Source: a virus
DNA: 64,000 nucleotides
Reading direction: 5' to 3' (one strand)
Virus record (IMG/VR): IMGVR_UViG_3300033149_004284
Coordinates: 22,288-86,287 of that record
A program made the position numbers and the translations under genes. Under the pieces are notes generated by a model. The model saw nothing but the letters and a program-made list of their open reading frames with translations. It did not search any database and had not been told where the DNA came from. Below, one piece after another: positions 27,543-37,326 of the stretch. Positions within the stretch are counted from its first letter, which is position 1, and every line of letters starts with the position of its first letter.

Positions 27543-28121
27543 ATGACGAGAATACGTTCCTGGTTCCGAGACACAGTTGAACGAATAGTTGAAGACCATC
27601 TTGAGAGTCGCTTTGTTGAGATGCGTGGCGAGCTCTCCTCGAGTATCAGCCAGACCCAGAACGGCCTAGCTGCCGAGATCAAAGAGCGAGAAGACCGCAT
27701 TCTGGGCCAATTGAAGAATACCGAGAAGGCTATCCAGAGACGTCTCAAAGGCCAACTCACCTACTACCTTGAGAAGAAAATCAAGGCTCCTGATATCCTG
27801 GTTCAGGAGGAGCTCCAGCCTGAAATCGGAACTGACTATATCTTGGTAAACCTCGAGGTGAAAAACAACCAGCCTATCATGTTTGGGGGCAATCTGAATC
27901 TGGCCAATCTTGGGCGAGGGGACGCCGTGAATCTCGTCTGTCTTTATACCGATCATAAGGGTTCTGAGTCCACCTTCTTCAGACATGAAATCAGAGGCCC
28001 GCTTGATGACCCTTTCTACATTGTTGAGCCTCAAGTAGTAACTGCGGGAGCGAGAATAGTCTTCCGAGCTCTGCAGGGGCGCTCTCGACCTTTTACTTAC
28101 TGCTTTTATCGCTGGATATAG
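27543..28121 (+). CDS. hypothetical protein (coiled coil plus beta domain)
   Basis: 192 aa, GGAGG RBS. Confidence 0.65.
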   Translation: MTRIRSWFRDTVERIVEDHLESRFVEMRGELSSSISQTQNGLAAEIKEREDRILGQLKNTEKAIQRRLKGQLTYYLEKKIKAPDILVQEELQPEIGTDYILVNLEVKNNQPIMFGGNLNLANLGRGDAVNLVCLYTDHKGSESTFFRHEIRGPLDDPFYIVEPQVVTAGARIVFRALQGRSRPFTYCFYRWI

Positions 28122-28193
28122 TTGTTGCGAATAGACTGATGGCGCAGGGGGCTCTGCTAAGTTGTGATAAGCTGGTCTAAGGAGATATCCATT

Positions 28194-29624
28194 ATGCCGA
28201 TTTTAGGGCGAATTGCAAAGAGACGACTGGTTGAGGCAGCGGTTCCTGTTGACGATACGGCTTCCGATACCTCTCGATGGCGCCGATTGACCGAGAAGGC
28301 CCCCAGGAACCTTTCTGACTACGACCACAAGCGAATGTTAGATATCGCCTTGTATCTCTATCGCTTCAATCCATTAGCCCATCGAGGCGTTGAGATCATG
28401 CGAGATTTCGTAGTGGGCAGTGGCATTCGTATTGAGGCCAAGGACAAATCCATCCAGTCAGTCATAGATAGGTTCTGGAACAATCCCGTTCATAAGATGG
28501 ATCGCCTGCTGGCCAGGATAGCCTTCGAGCTCAGTCTCTATGGGGAATTCATATCTCCCGCACTGGTAAACAGGCATAACGGGGATGTCGAGCTGAGTTA
28601 TATTTCCCCCCTCCAGGTCAAGGATGTCACTCTCAATCGAGGAAACCTTCTCCTGTTTGATTCAGTCGAGATCATGCCCACTGACATCTCTACCGAATCA
28701 TCGAAGCTCAAGGTCATCAACCTAGAGACAGATGTTGAGGCCCACCTCGATCCTGAGGACCCAAACTCGCCCTCCACCTATGGCTATCGAACTGGAGACT
28801 GTTTCTACTTCTCGGTGAACCGAGTAGGGGATGCCAGCCGTGGCCTGAGCGATCTCCTGGCTGTTGCCGATTTCGTAGACAGCCTCGACCAACTTATCTT
28901 CAATTCATTGGAACGCATGACCCACGAGACAGGCTGGCTCTGGGATATCGAGATGCAGGGGGCCTCAAATGAGCAATGCCAGCAGAAAGTCGCGGAGTTA
29001 GAGGCCGCTCCTCCCCGACCGGGCTCCTTCCTAGTCCACAACGAATGGGTCAAGTGGAACCCCATGAAGATCGGTCTGGAAGCCGAGAACGTCACTGACG
29101 AGTCTCTTCTCATTCGGAACTATGCCCTGGGTGGCATGGGAGTTCCCGTTCACTTCTTCAGTGAACCGCAAGGAGCAGGTCGTGCTGTCGCTGAGTCCAT
29201 GGCTGCTCCAGCCTATCAATCTCTGGAGTCTCGCCAGTCTGAAGTTGAGGGCTTTGTTCGGGAGATTCTGGACTTCGTCATAGACCAGAAACTCGTTCGG
29301 AAGATGCTAGACAGCAACTTGGATCGAAGCTATGATGTGATCATGCCAAAGATTTCCCTCCGCAATCTCCAGCGTACAGGAGGGGCCATGAACAGGACGG
29401 CGCAGGCTCTCAAGACCGCCCAAGACGAAGGTTGGATCGATAGCGAGCAAGGAAAGAAAGTCTTTGTGGCCATGCTGGAGCAACTTGGGCTGGGTGTAGA
29501 CCTCACTCCTAGCCAAGAGTTGCCAGGTGTCGCTTCTAGCCAAAGGCTACCGTCTGATGTAGGTTTTAGCCAGGCAGATGTAGGTGTCGCTTCTAGCCAG
29601 GAACTGCCCAAGGAGCTGCGCTGA
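28194..29624 (+). CDS. portal protein
   Basis: position after TerL; YRFNPLAHRGVE..DFVVG, ELSLYGE, RGLSDL, GVPVHFF; ATG at 28194 after AAGGAG. Confidence 0.85.
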   Translation: MPILGRIAKRRLVEAAVPVDDTASDTSRWRRLTEKAPRNLSDYDHKRMLDIALYLYRFNPLAHRGVEIMRDFVVGSGIRIEAKDKSIQSVIDRFWNNPVHKMDRLLARIAFELSLYGEFISPALVNRHNGDVELSYISPLQVKDVTLNRGNLLLFDSVEIMPTDISTESSKLKVINLETDVEAHLDPEDPNSPSTYGYRTGDCFYFSVNRVGDASRGLSDLLAVADFVDSLDQLIFNSLERMTHETGWLWDIEMQGASNEQCQQKVAELEAAPPRPGSFLVHNEWVKWNPMKIGLEAENVTDESLLIRNYALGGMGVPVHFFSEPQGAGRAVAESMAAPAYQSLESRQSEVEGFVREILDFVIDQKLVRKMLDSNLDRSYDVIMPKISLRNLQRTGGAMNRTAQALKTAQDEGWIDSEQGKKVFVAMLEQLGLGVDLTPSQELPGVASSQRLPSDVGFSQADVGVASSQELPKELR

Positions 29625-31102
29625 TGCAAATTGGTCTTTTGCTTAGCTCCAAACACCATGCTGAGATGTTAGCATCTGGTAACAAGACCATGCTCATCAG
29701 AGCGAGGCGTTTCTACCGCTATGTCCGCATACCAGTCTACCTGCTGGCTGATCAGAAGTGTTATGCCAAGATGGTTCTTGGGTCTCCCCAAAAAATAGAC
29801 CTGAGTGGGTTTAGAGCATTGCGGAGTCAACACAGAGTAACTGAAAAGGAAAGGGAGCAACAGTGGCCTGACGAACTAGACTTCTACAGCTATAAAGTCC
29901 AGGTTCTCGAAACTTACGATCCGCCTAAGAAGGTTAAGTTCCCTCCCACCTCTCAGGCTTGGGTACGCCATTGGGAATGGTTAGACCGCCCTCCCAAGGA
30001 GCTCCATCTTGAGAAGGTGGCTGACCTAGAACACTATCATCCGTCCAAGATTCCTGACACAGCACGCGGCAGTGCTATCCTCAGGGACGACGCTCGGCTA
30101 CTCTTGGCCTACTGGTCGTCAAAACGGTCAGGCAAGGATGTCAAATATACCTACGACCTCTTGGAGCAGAAGTACACAGCCATCCTCCGTGAACTCGTTC
30201 GCAGGAGAGCAGCTCAGTTCAGTCCTCAGAACTATAAGCCTCATGCTAGAGATCTATTTGACAGAGCTGCGCGAACCCTCCAGTTGGAAGGTATTACTGT
30301 CCCACTCAGAAAGAGCTCGCATCTGAAAGGACTCACAGCCCTCCAGAATATGACGGATAAGGAACTCCTGGCTCACCATGACCACTTGCATCAAATGTAT
30401 GCTGAGGGCAAAGTGACTAAGGAGAGCATCGTCAATGCTCATATCTTTGCAGTCCAGGCAATGAGACATAGGGGCCTATCTCACAAGATCGAGGATGACC
30501 TTGACAGGGAGCTCCAGGGATCTGCTGCATCACGCCTCGTCCCCTTCGTCATCATAGACTCAATGGTTTGTCAAACTGGCTCTTCTGTCTACGACATCAG
30601 GCCCCCTCACGACTGCGACTTAGTGATACGCAGCGATGAGGAAGACTCCAAGATGACCGCAGCTATCCTTAAGGCCGTTAACCTCCCTCCATCAACCATC
30701 CACCGTATTTATGAACCCAGAGGCCCCTCCTTTGACTATGTGGCCCTCCTGGATTATGTAGCAGTGCCAGTAGCCTGGAAAGGTACCTGGACGAAGAAGA
30801 GCATCCGCCCCGAGGACATCCCCGAACACTCTTGGGCTATCTATCGGCAGTTGCCTCCTGCCGTCTTAGTCCACGACCCCTTCGTCACTCAAAGCAACAA
30901 TACTTTCTACGTCCGAGATGCTCGCCGCAACACTGGCATTGAGATCAAGCTCACCAGGCTGTTAGCGGCTAACCTCTCCTTCCGATGGCGCGGGGAGGAC
31001 GAAGCCATGGCAGGAACGCCGCTCTTTAAGTCTTTCCTGATTCCACATATACCTCTGAGGAGGGCCAAAGTCGATGAGCCTTTCTTCCGAAGATACTACT
31101 GA
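29624..31102 (+). CDS. multidomain protein: ASCH/PUA-like, helical His-rich, nucleotidyltransferase-like
   Basis: HAEMLASGNKTMLIR (ASCH-like); ELLAHHDHLHQ..IVNAH..MRHRGLSH; QTGSSV..HDCDLVIR (Pol-beta GS..DxD). Confidence 0.6.
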   Translation: MQIGLLLSSKHHAEMLASGNKTMLIRARRFYRYVRIPVYLLADQKCYAKMVLGSPQKIDLSGFRALRSQHRVTEKEREQQWPDELDFYSYKVQVLETYDPPKKVKFPPTSQAWVRHWEWLDRPPKELHLEKVADLEHYHPSKIPDTARGSAILRDDARLLLAYWSSKRSGKDVKYTYDLLEQKYTAILRELVRRRAAQFSPQNYKPHARDLFDRAARTLQLEGITVPLRKSSHLKGLTALQNMTDKELLAHHDHLHQMYAEGKVTKESIVNAHIFAVQAMRHRGLSHKIEDDLDRELQGSAASRLVPFVIIDSMVCQTGSSVYDIRPPHDCDLVIRSDEEDSKMTAAILKAVNLPPSTIHRIYEPRGPSFDYVALLDYVAVPVAWKGTWTKKSIRPEDIPEHSWAIYRQLPPAVLVHDPFVTQSNNTFYVRDARRNTGIEIKLTRLLAANLSFRWRGEDEAMAGTPLFKSFLIPHIPLRRAKVDEPFFRRYY

Positions 31103-32186
31103 GATTCGTGGTCTCCTGTATCGAGATAGGCAGACTAAGGTGGCATTAAGGTTTCTCAAAAGGATAAATGTATCCCTAGAAGCCATTAGGCGAAACCTCG
31201 CAAGAGCAGAGGAGGCCCTTGCGGATGAGCCTCTATCTAGCAATGTGAGACTTCTAGCCGGCAAGTTTCTGCTAGCGGAGGAAGACATCCCTCTGGAGGA
31301 TTTGGGTATTCTGACAAAGACTCCAAATCTAGCCAGCATCATCATTCTGAACTACAATACTCTCAAGATCACCTCTGACTGTATCAAAAGCGTTCTAGCC
31401 TTGACTGAATACCCTGCGGAGATGATAGTAGTTGATAACGGCAGCACGGATGGCAGTGTGGCCTGGCTCAAGAAACAGAATTACCTAACTTTGATATCTA
31501 ACAAGAATAACCGTGGCTGGACTGCCGCAAACAATCAGGGCATCAGAGTCTCCAAAGGGGCCTACTGCCTGTTACTTAACAGCGATACCATTGTGAGGAC
31601 AAGGGGCTGGCTCAAAGCCATGATTCGCCTCGCTCAGCCCCCTGACGTGGCGACGGTCGGGGCCAAGCTTCTTTACCAAGATGGTACCATTCAGCATATA
31701 GGGGGCAGCATCCACGACGTCAATCCCTTCCATCCCTTTGACGGAGCGCCTGCCGACATTCCCGAATCACTTAAAGTCAGAGAAGTCCCTTTCAACACGG
31801 GGGCCTGTCTCCTTATCAAGAAATCCGTCATCGAGCGGGTGGGCTTACTTGACGAGAAATATGTGTTCGGTTATGGTGATGTGGACTATGGCTTGAGGTG
31901 TCTTGAGGCAGGATTTAGGAATCTCTACTGTCCATCGTCTATCCTAACTCATCTCTGGGCTTACACTCAGCGAAAAACAGGCAAGTGGATTCCATCTGAG
32001 AGCTTTGCCAGGTACAAACAGAAGTGGACTGACAAGACGCCCGCTCTCTCTAAAAAGGTTGACATGGATTTCAGGTGGCCTGATTCTGCACAGTATATCA
32101 GAAGGACTGGTCCGGGCAGTCATATAGCAACTATTCGCAAGAAGGAGAGCGCTATGACCTGGGGGGCATTAAATGAAAACCAATGA
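31074..32186 (+). CDS. GT2 glycosyltransferase
   Basis: SIIILNYN, VVDNGSTDGS, NRGWTAANNQG, LLNSDT, TGACLLI, DVDYGLR. Confidence 0.92.
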   Translation: MSLSSEDTTEIRGLLYRDRQTKVALRFLKRINVSLEAIRRNLARAEEALADEPLSSNVRLLAGKFLLAEEDIPLEDLGILTKTPNLASIIILNYNTLKITSDCIKSVLALTEYPAEMIVVDNGSTDGSVAWLKKQNYLTLISNKNNRGWTAANNQGIRVSKGAYCLLLNSDTIVRTRGWLKAMIRLAQPPDVATVGAKLLYQDGTIQHIGGSIHDVNPFHPFDGAPADIPESLKVREVPFNTGACLLIKKSVIERVGLLDEKYVFGYGDVDYGLRCLEAGFRNLYCPSSILTHLWAYTQRKTGKWIPSESFARYKQKWTDKTPALSKKVDMDFRWPDSAQYIRRTGPGSHIATIRKKESAMTWGALNENQ

Positions 32187-33024
32187 GTTTGAGCCTAAAG
32201 TCTTTGTCAAGAACGCAAAGGAATCTGGGCAGCAGGTATCTCTAACCATGGTCACCTTTAATCGGTGGAATCTCACTCAGCAGAGTCTCTCTTCCATTTT
32301 CGAGCACACTCATCTGCCATACATTCTGACTGTTGTCGATAACGGGAGCTGGGACGAGACGAGGGAAAACCTACAGGAACTCAGGCGGTCTGGTAAGATT
32401 AACAGATTGATTCTTCTCCCCGAGAACCGAGGCATTGACATGGGGAAGAACTTCGGCCTGCGAGCTACCCAGGGCCAGGCTAGCTGGTACTGCTGTATCG
32501 ACAACGATATCAGAGTCAGTCCCTACTGGCTCAGCTACCTCTGCTATACATCTACTCTCCCTCGCCTTGGCATAATCGGCTGCAATGTTCAGGGATTTGG
32601 CACTCCTGGAGGCCCGAGCTGGTTTACACCCACGCACTGGAAAACTGTGAAAGGAGTTGTCCTAGACAACTGCCCTAATCCAGGTGGAATCTATGTCATC
32701 AGTGCAACTACATTCGAGAAGCTAGGCTTCTTCGTTGAGAGGGGCCTCTACGGTCTAGGGGACAGCCAATACTACTCACGGGAGTTTCAACATGGCCTCA
32801 GAAGCGTCTATGTGAGAAATGTCGATTGCAGAGAGATACCTGATGAGGACTTTGTGATGGCAGACGGTACGTCGTATAGGACTTTCAAGGCGACTTCTCA
32901 CAACTCTATGCGTCAGAAGGTCAGAGAAATGGCATCTCAAGGCATTGATATCCACCCAAAGCATTACGAGACTAGAGTAACGGCCCAAGAAGTTGAGAAG
33001 TATACCTGGACGCCAGAATCATGA
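32173..33024 (+). CDS. GT2 glycosyltransferase
   Basis: VTFNR, VVDNGSWD, ENRGI, CIDND. Confidence 0.88.
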   Translation: MKTNEFEPKVFVKNAKESGQQVSLTMVTFNRWNLTQQSLSSIFEHTHLPYILTVVDNGSWDETRENLQELRRSGKINRLILLPENRGIDMGKNFGLRATQGQASWYCCIDNDIRVSPYWLSYLCYTSTLPRLGIIGCNVQGFGTPGGPSWFTPTHWKTVKGVVLDNCPNPGGIYVISATTFEKLGFFVERGLYGLGDSQYYSREFQHGLRSVYVRNVDCREIPDEDFVMADGTSYRTFKATSHNSMRQKVREMASQGIDIHPKHYETRVTAQEVEKYTWTPES

Positions 33025-33050
33025 CCTTAGATACTTAGGGGTCCCCAACT

Positions 33051-33527
33051 ATGATTTTAGATGCAGGATCAGGCATGGCATCGAACCCAAGAGCCAACAT
33101 ACTCATGGACAAATATCTTCAAGGAGACAGTACCTCTCGTATAACGGGCACTCTTATGATTCGCAAAGGACAGACTATGATTTGTGGTGACCTTGAGGCC
33201 ATGCCATTTCTGGATAAGTCCTTCGACATTGTTATTTGCTCTCAGACGCTCGAACATGTTGATAATCCTGAGAAAGCCTGTGCTGAGTTGGTGCGGGTAG
33301 GAAGGAGTGGTTTCATAACTGCGCCAAACGAGACAGTAGAAAGGCGTCGATATGAGCGTCGCGAGAAGCTCTATCACAAGTGGCTTATCAAGCAACGGGG
33401 CACTCACCTCGACTTCTATCTCAGAAGTCTCGTTCCAAGCCTCCCGATGATGGAGCATCCTAGCCAGGGCGTGGATATGGCTTGGAAAGGGAGCTTCACT
33501 TGGTCAGTGTTCAGAGAATCGCCATGA
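33051..33527 (+). CDS. class I SAM methyltransferase
   Basis: ILDAGSG, MPFLDKSFD..CSQTLEHVDNP..ELVRVG. Confidence 0.88.
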   Translation: MILDAGSGMASNPRANILMDKYLQGDSTSRITGTLMIRKGQTMICGDLEAMPFLDKSFDIVICSQTLEHVDNPEKACAELVRVGRSGFITAPNETVERRRYERREKLYHKWLIKQRGTHLDFYLRSLVPSLPMMEHPSQGVDMAWKGSFTWSVFRESP

Positions 33528-34516
33528 CAAGACTCCCCAGAGTCCTATTCGTTAGCATAGCTCCGTCTCTCCACACGGAGTTCTGGGCTGCTGGCTTTAT
33601 GAAGGCCCTTCGCAAAGTTGCCGTTCCACTGGCTTTCCCTTTCAGGAAAATGGCTCATGACCACGGGGCAGCCTACATGAACGAGACGCTAGTGGAAACT
33701 GCTCTGGAGTTTCGTCCTGACCTGATCTTTATTAGGAAGGGGGAAAGCATTCTCGGCTCTAGCATTAAGACGCTCAGGGATTCCCTGCCTGCTTATATCA
33801 TCTACTATTGTGGGGACTTCCGTCTCAATCCAGTCTCCTTCATCGTCGATATTGGACGATACGCAGATTGTACCATTTTCAACAACGAGGACGAGAAGGT
33901 TGCTGATAGATATCAGGTTGCGGGTGTGAGACATGTGGGTCCTTGGTGGGACGGTGGAATTGACCCAGAAGTCTTTTGCCCGCAAGACGTACCCAGAGCC
34001 TGGGACCTAGCCTTCATGGGCACTAACGTCCCCTTGCCTCACAGGGGCTATCAGGTACGTCGCCAACTACTGGAGGCTATCGTCGAGAGTAACTACTCTC
34101 TTCACATCTTCGGTGGGGCTGAAGGCTGGAAGTACCTCCACACGAATACCCACCCGTTCGTTTATGGCCCTGCTTTCGCTAAGGCCTGTTCTCAATCGCG
34201 TATCACTCTGGGCGTCAATGGAGTGAACGACATGTATCTGTATGCTTCCTGGCAACGTACTTTCAAGTCAATGGCCAGTGGAGCGTTTCACCTTACTCAC
34301 TATGTCCCTGGACTGGAGACGTTCTTTGAGAACCGCAAGCATCTGGTCTGGTTCATCTCCATACCTGAGGCGATGAGTCTCATTGCTTACTATCTCACTC
34401 ACGACGAGGAACGTGAAGAAATAGCCATGGCAGGCCGACAGGAGGTTCTTGCTCACTTCACTTGGGACGATGCTGTCGCAAGGCTTATGAGGATTTGGCA
34501 AAGTGACTGCTGTTGA
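33524..34516 (+). CDS. CgeB-like GT-B glycosyltransferase
   Basis: FRPDLIF..KG, DLAFMG, SRITLG.N, RTF..MASGAF.LT, YYLTHDEEREEIA..G..HFTW. Confidence 0.88.
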   Translation: MTRLPRVLFVSIAPSLHTEFWAAGFMKALRKVAVPLAFPFRKMAHDHGAAYMNETLVETALEFRPDLIFIRKGESILGSSIKTLRDSLPAYIIYYCGDFRLNPVSFIVDIGRYADCTIFNNEDEKVADRYQVAGVRHVGPWWDGGIDPEVFCPQDVPRAWDLAFMGTNVPLPHRGYQVRRQLLEAIVESNYSLHIFGGAEGWKYLHTNTHPFVYGPAFAKACSQSRITLGVNGVNDMYLYASWQRTFKSMASGAFHLTHYVPGLETFFENRKHLVWFISIPEAMSLIAYYLTHDEEREEIAMAGRQEVLAHFTWDDAVARLMRIWQSDCC

Positions 34517-35186
34517 ACAATACCGTAGGGACTTCGCCACGTACATGAGCCTTCCTGGAGCTGAGAGGTGTAGACTCCAAATGTATCCTCGTCTTGAGGA
34601 TAAGACCGCATCAACTCCCCTGGATGCCTATTACTTTCGACAAGATACCTGGGCGTTCAAGCGGATAGTAGACCTCAAGCCTAGCAGCATAGTAGATGTA
34701 GGATCGACTGCGCTCCTCGTGGGAATTCTTGCCCAGATGTTTCCTACAACGAGTATCGATATAAGGCCCATTCCAGTATCTCTTCCTGGATTAACATGTA
34801 GGCAAGGCTCGATCACTAATCTCCCCTTCAAAGACGCCTCAGTTGAGCTCCTGAGCAGCCTATGTGTGATAGAGCATATAGGTCTAGGTCGATACGGCGA
34901 CAAGCTCGATCCGCTCGGTAGCATCAAAGCCTGCAAGGAGATCTCGAGGGTGCTCAAGCCTGGTGGACATTTCATAATGAGCACTCAAGTGAGTCATACC
35001 CCTGCCCTCTGCTTCAATGCGCACCGAATCTTCACGCAGGCCCAAGTTCTGGATATGTTGCCAGCCTTCTCGGTAACGGATGAGGCGTTCTTCTTCCCTC
35101 GGCCTGGCAATGCAGAAGACATAGAGGCACTCACGGGTTTCAGGTTCTGCTTCTGGTGCGTAGACTTGGTTAAGGAGTCAGCATGA
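34503..35186 (+). CDS. SAM methyltransferase-fold protein (DUF268-like)
   Basis: YFRQDTWA, VDVGS, SLCVIEHIGLGRYGDKLDP, FNAHRIF. Confidence 0.82.
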   Translation: MTAVEQYRRDFATYMSLPGAERCRLQMYPRLEDKTASTPLDAYYFRQDTWAFKRIVDLKPSSIVDVGSTALLVGILAQMFPTTSIDIRPIPVSLPGLTCRQGSITNLPFKDASVELLSSLCVIEHIGLGRYGDKLDPLGSIKACKEISRVLKPGGHFIMSTQVSHTPALCFNAHRIFTQAQVLDMLPAFSVTDEAFFFPRPGNAEDIEALTGFRFCFWCVDLVKESA

Positions 35187-35986
35187 CGCTCTCGGTTGTA
35201 ACTCCTAGCTACATTAACAACCAGCAACGAGCTGATTGGGCCAGAGACTCTCTGGCTTCCCTCAGGGAAACTATCGGCGACGGCTACTTACATGTTGTGG
35301 TGCTTGACAAATCCCTTGAATGGAATATTATTGCTCAGGCAATCTATAACCAGCCTAATGTAATGCTCATGCAGCGTCCCAAGCCTCTTGGCAATACTTC
35401 AGCTTTGCTAAAGGCCGTGAAGGAATCTCGCAAGTTGGGAGCAGATCTCTGTTTTGTCCATATGGACGATAACATCTATGTCCCCGAATTCGGACCTCTT
35501 CTCAGATATGCCCAGGACGCTTTCAGCAACGATAGGGAGTTGCAAGAAGTGCTCTTTGTTGGCTACCCGATCCTTATAAAGAGGCATAGCAAACCACTTC
35601 TTGGCAATCGCACAGGCCTAACTATCGAGGAGAATCAAGTCTCTTTCGATACCATACAGTTGCACCCTACTCGCTGTACGGATTATACTCTCTGGTGGTC
35701 TTATTTTCATGACCGAATGGTGGACGGGCGATTTTGGGCAGTTGTCATGTGGATGGCTCTCTACCGAGCTGAGTTCTTGGAGAGTGTCCTTACACTTGCC
35801 CCTACGGGCCGGACGCTTGGTCAGGTTGAATCTTACTACAGAAACAGAAGCAACTGGGAGAGACTATCCCATCGCTTTCCAGGAAAGCTCGGTTACATAA
35901 ACATGCAGTTCGGCGGTTTGGAGATGCACCATCATAGTCAGGAATGGTGTGAGATGATCCGTTTTCCTAATACGCCTGTGAGGTGA
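35183..35986 (+). CDS. putative GT-A fold glycosyltransferase
   Basis: LSVVTPSY, VVLDKS, FVHMDDN; cluster context. Confidence 0.55.
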   Translation: MTLSVVTPSYINNQQRADWARDSLASLRETIGDGYLHVVVLDKSLEWNIIAQAIYNQPNVMLMQRPKPLGNTSALLKAVKESRKLGADLCFVHMDDNIYVPEFGPLLRYAQDAFSNDRELQEVLFVGYPILIKRHSKPLLGNRTGLTIEENQVSFDTIQLHPTRCTDYTLWWSYFHDRMVDGRFWAVVMWMALYRAEFLESVLTLAPTGRTLGQVESYYRNRSNWERLSHRFPGKLGYINMQFGGLEMHHHSQEWCEMIRFPNTPVR

Positions 35987-36022
35987 GACATATAGGAGAA
36001 GACTTACCTGTGAGGTGAAGGA

Positions 36023-36661
36023 ATGACTTACAGAGAGAATCCAGAACTAGGTCAGGACATGGTTAAGTTTGCCTTTCATCGTTGGCAGCAAGGAGAATAT
36101 CTCTTAGAGCCTCCTCAGCGTCAAATCTACGAGAATATTGCGGTCAGAGCGAAAGGCAAGACGGTCTGTGATATAGGCTCTGGAGCGGGACTGGGAACTA
36201 CTATCCTAGCACAAAGGGCTCAGTCAGTTATTGGCATCGAGAAGGTTGCGTCTTCCGTCAGGTTCTCTAGGAAATGTCATCCCCTAACAAATGTGCAGTT
36301 TCTGAATGAGGATATAGGGAAGTGCTCTCTTTCTGACAACAGTTTCGATGTAGTGGTGGCGGTTGAGGTGATAGAGCATATCGCAAACTACCAGGCAGCA
36401 CTGGATCAGATGGCTCGAATTCTGAAAGAGTCTGGAACCCTATACATCTCGTCTCCTAACAGGAATCAAGATATTAGAGGAGGAGCGTCAGGCGCAGGCC
36501 CGCCAAGGAACAAGTATCATGTTCGAGAGTGGACAGCCGAGGAGTTTCGGCATATTCTTCTCTCGCGCTTCAGTCAGGTTAGGCTTTCTGACTATACCCT
36601 TGACCCTTGCCTAGACTCCTGTACGCGAGTCTCGCCAGTTATCGCGATCTGTCGAATATGA
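36023..36661 (+). CDS. class I SAM methyltransferase
   Basis: VCDIGSGAGLG, FDVVVAVEVIEH, SSPN, HVREW. Confidence 0.9.
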   Translation: MTYRENPELGQDMVKFAFHRWQQGEYLLEPPQRQIYENIAVRAKGKTVCDIGSGAGLGTTILAQRAQSVIGIEKVASSVRFSRKCHPLTNVQFLNEDIGKCSLSDNSFDVVVAVEVIEHIANYQAALDQMARILKESGTLYISSPNRNQDIRGGASGAGPPRNKYHVREWTAEEFRHILLSRFSQVRLSDYTLDPCLDSCTRVSPVIAICRI

Positions 36662-37326
36662 GAACTCTGTGGATCGTTATTCCAGCAAAAGATGAGGCTG
36701 CTACTATTGCAGACCTAGTTGCCGAAGCCGCCCACTACGGAACGGTGTTAGTAGTTACCAGTGGGCCTTCAGACGATACTGGCCCAAGAGCTGCCAGCGC
36801 GGGAGCCCAGGTAATCTACAACGGCCAGAGCATTGCAGGAAAGATAGTCACTGGCTGGCAGAGAGCCCTCGACAACAATGCGACACGAGTCATAGTCATG
36901 GATGCAGGCGGATCGCATAGGCCATCAGATATCCCCCGTCTCCTGGCAGCAGAGGCTGACATCGTAATAGGCAGTCGGTTTGTGGCTGGAGGCCAATATC
37001 ATGGCAGATCGTGGCGCAGGGTATGCAGTCAAGTCATGGCTCTGCTCTGCAACCTAGCCCAACCAGGTAAACAGGTCCATGACTGGTCTAGCGGCTTCAG
37101 GTGTTATTCGGTAGAAGCAATTGGGCAGCTACTAGCCGTCCATTATAAATCTGATATGCACGCTTGGCAAATCGAGGTGCTAGGCTGGGCTAGGCGCTTG
37201 CACCTTTCAGTTGAGGAAGTCCCTATACAGTATACTGCTGGGCACTCGTCTCTCTCCTGGGATGGGGCTCTCAGGGCTCTCAATATATTGTTAGACATCT
37301 TGCTCCGCAGGTGGGTAGTCGGATGA
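36658..37326 (+). CDS. GT2, DPM1-like glycosyltransferase
   Basis: VIPAKDEA, VMDAGGSH.P, VIGSRFV.GG, DWSSGFRCY, EEVPI. Confidence 0.85.
   Translation: MRTLWIVIPAKDEAATIADLVAEAAHYGTVLVVTSGPSDDTGPRAASAGAQVIYNGQSIAGKIVTGWQRALDNNATRVIVMDAGGSHRPSDIPRLLAAEADIVIGSRFVAGGQYHGRSWRRVCSQVMALLCNLAQPGKQVHDWSSGFRCYSVEAIGQLLAVHYKSDMHAWQIEVLGWARRLHLSVEEVPIQYTAGHSSLSWDGALRALNILLDILLRRWVVG

Noticed and set aside
29500-29620. Short internal repeats at the portal 3' end
   Set aside because: In-frame duplication (GVASSQ, SQELP) in a probably disordered tail; no further structure seen.
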